DNA from: a virus
Direction: 5' to 3' (one strand)
IMG/VR virus record: IMGVR_UViG_3300035676_000002
Span: 48,443-112,442 of that record
DNA length: 64,000 bases
In this document: positions 9,626 through 17,019 of the stretch, in pieces
Numbering within the stretch: position 1 is the first letter of the stretch
Layout: each line of letters starts with the position of its first letter
Program-made: the position numbers and the translations under genes
The notes under the pieces: model-generated
The model's database searches: none
Told to the model about the DNA's origin: nothing
What the model saw: the letters and a program-made list of their open reading frames with translations, nothing else

Positions 9626-11086
9626 TTATTCATGTAATATACGCATCTTCATTGAACTCTGCCGAATATCAGTAATAATAAGCCTTCCGCGCTTTATCTT
9701 ATCAAACTCAACTGAGGCAGTTTTCCCATCAAGATAAATTACAAAACTGCTTATAGATTGCACTATATCTGGACCTTTAACTTGGTATGATCCGATAAGC
9801 GGGATAGCAATAGTTGGAGTAATGGTTGGCGTAGCAGTGATTATAGGCGTTACCGTAGGAGTAGGGGTTTCCGTAAAAGTAGGCGTAATGGTCGGGGTAT
9901 ACGATGGGGTAAAGGTTGGCGTAATTGTAGGCGTATACGTTAAGGTACTTGTCGGGGTAATAGTTGGTGTATTTGTTTCTGTCGGTGTACTGGTCGGGGT
10001 ATCGGTTGCGGTACTTGTCGGCGTATTTGTCGGAGTGCTTGTTTCTGTTGGAGTATTAGTTGGCGTATAGGTCGGGGGTAAAGGTGTCTCTGTCGGTGTA
10101 AGGGTTGGCGTAAACGTATGTGTGAAAGTGGGGGTTTCGGTCGGAGTCTCCGTAGGGGTTTCTGTTGCTGTAAACGTCAGGGTTGGCGTTGGGGTATTAG
10201 TCGGCGTAGCAGTAGGCGTAAAAGTTAAGCAAGTACCGGGAGCCTGACAAATGGCATTATGGATAATATTCTCTGGTAAATCGCAAGTAAAAGCATTACA
10301 TGAACCAATTTGTTGACAACAATCTCCAGCAGTTAATGGTATTCTTGTTGGTGTATGGGTAGCCGTGGGAGTCTCGGTCGGCGTATCCGTAGGAGTCTCC
10401 GTAGGGGTATCTGTGGGAGTCTCGGTCGGCGTATCCGTAGGGGTTTCAGTCGGGGTATCCGTGGGAGTCTCAGTCGGCGTATCCGTAGGAGTCTCCGTAG
10501 GGGTTTCGGTGGGGGTTTCGGTCGGAGTCTCGGTAACTGTTGGAGTCTCAGTAAAGGTAGGCGTCATGGTTGGGAAAACCCCTCCGCACCCTTCTTCGCA
10601 CGTTCCTCCCGGTAGCCAATTACGAATCGTGCAAGGTAGTCCCTGTGCATTGCAATAATCAAGACATGATGCCGTATTATATGTATCGTCAGAGCACACT
10701 GGATTTGCCGTACATCCCTGACCCGAGCATACACAACATCCGAGTGCCGATGTAGCCGTAGGCGTTGCTGTAGGTGTGGAGGTATATGTATTAGTCGGTG
10801 GAGGAGTTGGAGTTTCAGTTGGCGTATCCGTAGCTGTATGAGTTGCAGTCGGCGTATCCGTCGCCGTAGGAGTATGCGTTTCCGTTGGGGTATGAGTAGC
10901 GGTTGGGGTTGGTGTAACCGTTAAGGTTCCAATGAACAAGCATACTCCATTCATAGTTGGCGGGGGAACAAGAGATTGATATGTCGTGCATCCATTGCAG
11001 GTAACACCATTCCACTGCGTAGCCATTGTCCGCACTCCAATGAGGAGTATTATTGCTATACAGAAGGCTACGAGGAAACGCTTCAC
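9626..11086 (-). CDS. Secreted mucin-like protein with (TPTE/TPTD)n repeats and two Cys-rich modules
   Basis: Signal peptide MKRFLVAFCIAIILLIG; roughly half the protein is T/P repeats; GCCVC and GDCCQ modules. Confidence 0.85.
   Translation of the reverse strand: MKRFLVAFCIAIILLIGVRTMATQWNGVTCNGCTTYQSLVPPPTMNGVCLFIGTLTVTPTPTATHTPTETHTPTATDTPTATHTATDTPTETPTPPPTNTYTSTPTATPTATSALGCCVCSGQGCTANPVCSDDTYNTASCLDYCNAQGLPCTIRNWLPGGTCEEGCGGVFPTMTPTFTETPTVTETPTETPTETPTETPTDTPTETPTDTPTETPTDTPTETPTDTPTETPTDTPTETPTATHTPTRIPLTAGDCCQQIGSCNAFTCDLPENIIHNAICQAPGTCLTFTPTATPTNTPTPTLTFTATETPTETPTETPTFTHTFTPTLTPTETPLPPTYTPTNTPTETSTPTNTPTSTATDTPTSTPTETNTPTITPTSTLTYTPTITPTFTPSYTPTITPTFTETPTPTVTPIITATPTITPTIAIPLIGSYQVKGPDIVQSISSFVIYLDGKTASVEFDKIKRGRLIITDIRQSSMKMRILHE
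10361..10535 (-). repeat. Coding tandem repeat (TPTETPTD)n, degenerate 12/24-bp units
   Basis: Repeated gtgggagtctcggtcggcgtatcc-type units. Confidence 0.85.
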
Positions 11087-11098
11087 CTACAGCCCCTA

Positions 11099-12322
11099 TT
11101 ATCGAATCTCTGCCCAATTTAACGTAGTTCTACAATTCCCATTAGGACCACTTGCTGTTGCTAGTACGCTTAGAGTCCCTAACGGTCGTACTGCACCAGC
11201 AGCATCGAGCGTGATTGGATAACGAGCGACCAAGTGACGAGTATCCGATCCAGAACCGCTCGATTGTCCAATATAACCAGAAGCAAGAACAATTGCCGGT
11301 GAACCAGAAATTGCACCAGCAGAATTATATTCAAATGCGCTATATGTGGGGTTACAATCGCTAAAGGTAGTTGTTCCTGTGATTGCTTGACCCAGAACTA
11401 ATTCCCACAGAATAAGCGCACTGCTTGTATTTCCAATCTGTAAACTTTGCAACTCAAATTTTACACGATTCGTAATACCATTGAAGGTTGTTTTAGGGCG
11501 AATAGAAAGGAGATGGACCCGTGTTTGATTTCCTGCTTGTCCAATAGACTCCACGCCAAAAGTTCTTCCATTTGTATTTTCCATTCCACCTTCTGAAATA
11601 ACAGAAGAACAGATAAACTTCATAGTTGTAGAAACAGTTCCGGTACACGTCATGCCGCATCGAACGGGAAGATTTGCGGTTTGTATGTATGGTGAGTCAT
11701 CCAAATTAGCATGATTGAATTCATGGACATAATGAACATTTCCACCAATATCAAATCCGACTCGCACCCGTCCAACATAGAGCGCTTGTAGATCAATAAC
11801 AAGAATTTGCATTTTTGTTAAATTTAGGGTTAGTCCACTCGGACCTAACCCATTCATTTTATCTATATTCCAATCCGCCTGTGCGACTGTTTCATTTCCT
11901 TTGCTAGTGGCAGATAGAATCTTCATCTGCACCGTAGATCCATCTTGTTGAAATTCTATGCCATTAACTCCATCGCTATATCCAGCAAACTTTAATACAT
12001 TAGCTTGCGCTTCGATGAAATTGAATGTAACGAAAATCAATTGACTTTTCCCCGGTTGATATCGAAAATATTCATAACTCTGCATATAGGCTTTTCCGCC
12101 CGTAGGGGTACTGGAGAACTCCATTGCGGCTTGTCTGTTTGTTGAGTCATGCGTAATCGTCGCCCCCGACCCATTAGTGATTTGCTCAAACAGGAGATTA
12201 TTCAAATTGTATGTAAATTGAGCATCAAATATCCCCACGGGACTTGATACGCGCAAGCGAGAGAACGCATCAATTGATGGTGAATCTGCTGCCTTAATTG
12301 CGACTTCTGGAAAGTATGACAT
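11099..12322 (-). CDS. Conserved phage virion-associated beta-sandwich protein, no signal peptide
   Basis: DAFSRLRVS..IFD and YFRYQPGKSQ motifs resemble a recurrent phage structural family; GGAGG RBS. Confidence 0.65.
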   Translation of the reverse strand: MSYFPEVAIKAADSPSIDAFSRLRVSSPVGIFDAQFTYNLNNLLFEQITNGSGATITHDSTNRQAAMEFSSTPTGGKAYMQSYEYFRYQPGKSQLIFVTFNFIEAQANVLKFAGYSDGVNGIEFQQDGSTVQMKILSATSKGNETVAQADWNIDKMNGLGPSGLTLNLTKMQILVIDLQALYVGRVRVGFDIGGNVHYVHEFNHANLDDSPYIQTANLPVRCGMTCTGTVSTTMKFICSSVISEGGMENTNGRTFGVESIGQAGNQTRVHLLSIRPKTTFNGITNRVKFELQSLQIGNTSSALILWELVLGQAITGTTTFSDCNPTYSAFEYNSAGAISGSPAIVLASGYIGQSSGSGSDTRHLVARYPITLDAAGAVRPLGTLSVLATASGPNGNCRTTLNWAEIR

Positions 12323-12331
12323 AGTAGCCTC

Positions 12332-12934
12332 CTAGTAGATAAACCAATTACTGCCGTCAGTAAAAAGCGAAATGCTGGTATATTGAACGTCGATTACTTG
12401 CGTTGCCTTACCATCAATTTTTTCTGTTCCATTTGGGGTAACAGTACACGTATGAGCCGTCGAGTCCTTTTTCTTAATAACGTATCGTCGGCCCGATCCT
12501 GCGGTTCCTGCGGCGGGAAGATTTAAAATATTGTTTTGGCTCGTTGCATCGCAGAGTACAAATTCATCGGCAGTCGCCCCCAGCGTATATGGAGTTGTTG
12601 TCTTGGTTGTTATTGTCACCCGTGGAAGTTCTGACGCTTGCGGGGGGATATGCATGATGGTTGTTCCATTTGTTATAACACAGTCATCAGTTGCCCCTGC
12701 GTTCATATCGAACATTTTGCATGAATTCGCTTGTGGGGTTGGCATAACATCAATAGTTGCATTATTCCCCGTTACCGCCTGTACGTTAGGCTGTGGAGTT
12801 GGCAATGCATTATTGTCTGTAACAATAATTGCTCCTCCGCACGTCCAGTATCCGGTAGGCGACTGTATGCACGCTGATTGTGCGTAAGTAACAGACGCAA
12901 ACAATAATAAAATGGGGATTAATTTCTTGTTCAT
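12332..12934 (-). CDS. Secreted protein with C-terminal tail-fibre-type module
   Basis: Signal peptide ending VTYA; C-terminal CDAT..LNLPAA..GRRYVIKKKDS..TVTPNGTEKIDG..TDGSNWFI, a module typical of phage fibre proteins. Confidence 0.7.
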   Translation of the reverse strand: MNKKLIPILLLFASVTYAQSACIQSPTGYWTCGGAIIVTDNNALPTPQPNVQAVTGNNATIDVMPTPQANSCKMFDMNAGATDDCVITNGTTIMHIPPQASELPRVTITTKTTTPYTLGATADEFVLCDATSQNNILNLPAAGTAGSGRRYVIKKKDSTAHTCTVTPNGTEKIDGKATQVIDVQYTSISLFTDGSNWFIY

Positions 12935-12948
12935 ATTTCACCTTCCTG

Positions 12949-15900
12949 CTATGGCGTCGGAGTTACGCAAATATAATCTGATGGGCAATCTGAATCTGAA
13001 TGACACGTCGGCAATGGTGTTAGTGTCGGCGTTGGCGTTGGCGTTGGCGTTGGTGTATCCGTAGGAGTATTCGTAGGAGTATTCGTAGGCGTATCTGTGG
13101 GCGTATGCGTAGAGGTTGCCGTTGGGGTTGGCGTTGCGGTTGGGGCTTCTGAGCCGCAGAGGTAAAGCTCGGCAACGGAGAGATAGCCGTTGCCGTTGTC
13201 TGCCGTCACGTACAACCGATAGTATCGGTAGGCAACATCTCCAGTGATTGTGTAGTTGCGCCGCTCGTATTCCGCCCATCCGGTTTGGTTGGTCTGCGTA
13301 TCAAGAGTCGTCCAATCCGTCCCGTTTCCGCTGCCACGGAATGTCCAGTTTTTCGGAGAGGCATCCGTGCTAACCGAACCGACGACCCCATACTCAGTGA
13401 TGAACCTGTCCGTGCCGAGGTCAATACTGAGATAATTCGCCCCGTTCGTCGCAACCATCCACCGCGCAAAAGCCCCGGATTCGTCACCGTCGAATGCCTT
13501 CCATTTTGCGTAACCAGAACTGTACTGCCCATCTGCTGTCACGACGTATGGGGCAGGGGAATCGTCAGCCGACATATTGTGCGGCGCTTGCTCTGCACAG
13601 GCGGGCGTTGGCGTTGGGGTGAATGTGCTGGTTACTGTCGGTGTAGGCGTTGGAGTTTCAGTCGGAGTGGCGGTAAAGGTAGGCGTTGGCGTAGCCGGTG
13701 GTTCGCACCATGTTAACGTAGATGACATTGAATCAATATACACATAACTTCCATTTCCAAACCCATTTTTTGTTTCAATGCCGGGACCGAATTCGGCATC
13801 ATTTTTTACTCGACTTGGCGTTAATTCCCCAGCCACGCATCCCCAATTATCATATCCAGCACCAAAGACACGTTCTGTTTCTGTATCAGGAATATTCTCG
13901 TAATTGAGATTAAAGTCAGTGCAATTTAAATATGCCCAATTTCCATCATTCTTCACAAGAACTGCCCACATATATACGCCCGTAAGATACTTGTAGGCGC
14001 GGACCTTCATAGTCAAACCAGTAATTATAGCATCGTCTGGAGGGGTAAACGGGAAGTGACAAACAAGTGCGTAGGATGGATCACCTAATCCGCCACCGGC
14101 AGAAGCATATGAATTATCATCCGAAACTGCGTTACTCGCATTTGACCAAGAGGTGCTATAGTCACCAGCAGTTTTCTTAATATTTGTACTCCAACAATTG
14201 TCCGCAACGGTCTTTTCTTGATCTACCCGAATCCAATCAGCGTGACCCGCAACGGCACAAACATCGGTCGTTGGAGTTGCGGTTGGCGTATGCGTATTTG
14301 TTGGGGTCGGCGTAAAAGTAGCCGTGTTTGTTGCAGTAGCCGTGAACGTAGACGTTGGAGCAGTCGTTGGTGTAGCTGGCGGTGTAGCTTGAACATAGTA
14401 TGGATTGACCGTAGCATTAAACCAATAAAACATATCCCCAACATACCCAAGCCCATCCCCCGCCCATGCAAGCGCACGATGCCATATGCCCTGATCGCTA
14501 TTCGGCGCTCCCAAGCGTGACAATGGCGGCGGCGTTAGGGTCGGCGTGAGCGTAGGACCAACAGCACCGCATATTTCCATTTCTATTACTTTGACATAAA
14601 CTACAGATCCCTCGTCGGCTGTTACATCAAGACGATAGTATCTATATGCCCCCGCGCCATTTACAGTATAGGTTCTCCATTCTGGAACAGTCGCCCATCC
14701 TGTTTGATTCGTTTGGGTATCAAGTGTTGTCCAGTTTGTATTGTCATTACTTCCCTTGAATGTCCAATTTTTAGGAGCATGACCACCAGCATTACTGAGA
14801 ATTTTATAATTCTCCACAACATAACCCCTTGGTGTATCTCCTAGATCAATCTGCATCCAATCTGCTGAATTTAAAGAATACCAGTAAGTAACCCCGGTTT
14901 GTAAACCATCAAAAGCTTTATATGGATAATATGAACTATTATAATCACCTGACGAAGAAGCGACATACGGGATTGGTGCGGTATTGCTAGACATATTGTG
15001 CGGAACAAGACTATTAGAGCAATACGTCGGAGTAATAGTAGGTGTCCTTGTTGGGGTTTTTGTTGCGGTCCCAGCAGGGGTATTTGTTGGAGTATTAGGG
15101 GTGGTTGTCGCAGTCGGCGTATTTTCCGTAGCTGGCTCATAAACAGCTTGCATAGTAACGTTCCCAGAACCAAAATCTTCAACCATTTCCCTACTTATCG
15201 TCAATGTCTGTCCTGCGCTTGCAGCTTGAAACCAAAAATTAAAATCATTATAAACGCTCTGGCTATTCCCTGCGACAACATCAAAGGTAATAGGAGGGGC
15301 TGACGCATCACTCAATGTTGCAGTAATTCTCATCAAACAATTATATGCTCCACCTATGATATGAACATTCCGCAATGTCGTATCTGCCGCTACGGTTATT
15401 TTTATACTGTTCGATGTATCAGATAAGATGCATCCTGTTCCAGAATTAGAAACAGAACCATTCGGAGTTCCATCTGTCCATGTATATTGTTCCCAAAAAC
15501 TTGCATATCTTGTTAGGGTTATTGCAGCACCAGTATTAGTAAATTTGTCAGAAATAGCTCCTACGACTGGAGATTTATGATTAAAAGTTCCTCCGTTTGT
15601 ATAGCAGTAATGTGCCCAATCCACTGCGCCAAGTGTTGTAAGATTATAACTTGATGTTGTTGGACCTGATGCATAAAATAATTGACCAATTGCGGTCGGG
15701 GCTTTTGTTGGATATGGCGTTGGGGTTGCTTGGCCGGTGAAAGTAGCCGTTGGCGTTGGAGTTGCAGTTTTAGTTGGCGTTTCAGTTACGGTTGATGTTG
15801 GCGTAGGCGTATTTGATGCCGTTGGGGTTGGAGTCATTGTTACATATCCAACAGCAATAGGATACGCAACTGGAGTTACGTTAGTAGAGGCTCTACTAAT

Positions 15901-17019
15901 TCGGATGAAATAATTAATATCAGGCGTTGGGACAAATCGCAGTCTATCTGGTCCAGTACCACTGCACGCCGCTCCAGTATATCCATCTGCACAATACATG
16001 GAAGTCAATGTTCCAGAGCACGTACCATCACTTGATTCAAGAACATCTATAATGGTATCTCCACCGGAACCACAATCCTCTATCTGAAGCGCGCTATTCG
16101 CTACGGGAGTAGACGGGGCAAGCCAAGACCACCATAAGCTTTGCGGAGCGGGATAAATAGTGCTACCGCATAAACGTACCGGTGGTTCACCGCTATAAAT
16201 ATCTGGTCCGGTCGATGCCGCATTATTTGTCGAAAGGCTATATGGTAAGGATGAAATAGTAATAGCCGATGAGCAAAAATCATTCACTGGCGTTGGCGTG
16301 CGTGTGCCAGTTGGCGTTGCCGTTGGGGTCATTGTCAAAGTTGGCGTAGGCGTATTTTCTTCCGAAGAAACAATATATGCTCCACCAAACGAAACCTGCC
16401 CACTACCATAATCTGCATAAAGCTCTGCCGTTACGGTCAAAACTTGACTTGCTGATCCAGCTTGATATATGATTGTCCATTCCTTTATTCCACTTGATGA
16501 ACTAGGATAATCAACAACCCAATTCCACACAGCGGGTGCTGACCCATCGCTTAACTGAAACGTATACCGTATACGTGCATTATATCCACCCATAAATAAA
16601 TGCAATGTTCTAACTGTAGTATCTGCATTAATATTTAATGCTACAGGAAGAGAATAGCCAACATTCCAATAGTTTCCGGTTGCGGTTGTTGTTGCTGAAG
16701 CGTTAGGAGTACCATCTGTCCATGTATAGTTATTAGCGGAAGTAGCAAATCGAACTCCCAAAGAGCCGCTTGTGGAAGCTGGCGATCCTATGCTATTAGG
16801 TCCACCGGATTTATAATCCCTTGCAGTGCTGGTATGACCCCAATGTGCCCAATCGTATGTGCCAAGCGTTGTTAAGTTAACTGTTCCCGTAGAAGAAACC
16901 GGCGCGAAAACCTTTAGCGTTCCAACCGCATGGCTTTCCTTTACGGATAAAAAACTAATTCCTAATATAAATATTACTATTAAGAAAAGTCTATTCAGAG
17001 AATAGCCAATCGTCAACAT
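12949..17019 (-). CDS. Secreted modular adhesin-like protein: two copies of a 'LTTLG..DWAH' module, two F5/8 type C (discoidin)-like domains, Thr/Pro linkers
   Basis: Signal peptide ending ESHA; KAFDG...W..IDLG...PKNWTF.GS.D..NWTTLDTQT..YRYYRL occurs twice; PT tracts separate the modules. Confidence 0.85.
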   Translation of the reverse strand: MLTIGYSLNRLFLIVIFILGISFLSVKESHAVGTLKVFAPVSSTGTVNLTTLGTYDWAHWGHTSTARDYKSGGPNSIGSPASTSGSLGVRFATSANNYTWTDGTPNASATTTATGNYWNVGYSLPVALNINADTTVRTLHLFMGGYNARIRYTFQLSDGSAPAVWNWVVDYPSSSSGIKEWTIIYQAGSASQVLTVTAELYADYGSGQVSFGGAYIVSSEENTPTPTLTMTPTATPTGTRTPTPVNDFCSSAITISSLPYSLSTNNAASTGPDIYSGEPPVRLCGSTIYPAPQSLWWSWLAPSTPVANSALQIEDCGSGGDTIIDVLESSDGTCSGTLTSMYCADGYTGAACSGTGPDRLRFVPTPDINYFIRISRASTNVTPVAYPIAVGYVTMTPTPTASNTPTPTSTVTETPTKTATPTPTATFTGQATPTPYPTKAPTAIGQLFYASGPTTSSYNLTTLGAVDWAHYCYTNGGTFNHKSPVVGAISDKFTNTGAAITLTRYASFWEQYTWTDGTPNGSVSNSGTGCILSDTSNSIKITVAADTTLRNVHIIGGAYNCLMRITATLSDASAPPITFDVVAGNSQSVYNDFNFWFQAASAGQTLTISREMVEDFGSGNVTMQAVYEPATENTPTATTTPNTPTNTPAGTATKTPTRTPTITPTYCSNSLVPHNMSSNTAPIPYVASSSGDYNSSYYPYKAFDGLQTGVTYWYSLNSADWMQIDLGDTPRGYVVENYKILSNAGGHAPKNWTFKGSNDNTNWTTLDTQTNQTGWATVPEWRTYTVNGAGAYRYYRLDVTADEGSVVYVKVIEMEICGAVGPTLTPTLTPPPLSRLGAPNSDQGIWHRALAWAGDGLGYVGDMFYWFNATVNPYYVQATPPATPTTAPTSTFTATATNTATFTPTPTNTHTPTATPTTDVCAVAGHADWIRVDQEKTVADNCWSTNIKKTAGDYSTSWSNASNAVSDDNSYASAGGGLGDPSYALVCHFPFTPPDDAIITGLTMKVRAYKYLTGVYMWAVLVKNDGNWAYLNCTDFNLNYENIPDTETERVFGAGYDNWGCVAGELTPSRVKNDAEFGPGIETKNGFGNGSYVYIDSMSSTLTWCEPPATPTPTFTATPTETPTPTPTVTSTFTPTPTPACAEQAPHNMSADDSPAPYVVTADGQYSSGYAKWKAFDGDESGAFARWMVATNGANYLSIDLGTDRFITEYGVVGSVSTDASPKNWTFRGSGNGTDWTTLDTQTNQTGWAEYERRNYTITGDVAYRYYRLYVTADNGNGYLSVAELYLCGSEAPTATPTPTATSTHTPTDTPTNTPTNTPTDTPTPTPTPTPTLTPLPTCHSDSDCPSDYICVTPTP

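Noticed and set aside
9822-10658. Plus-strand ORFs reading (VGVS)n / VGV repeats (also 12531, 36834, 42468)
   Set aside because: Antisense shadows of the Thr/Pro- or Pro/Ala-coding repeats; the minus-strand genes have signal peptides, RBSs and operon coupling.
12949-17019. Diversity-generating retroelement explaining the repeated modules
   Set aside because: No reverse transcriptase in the window, and the copies differ at all positions, not only at adenines.
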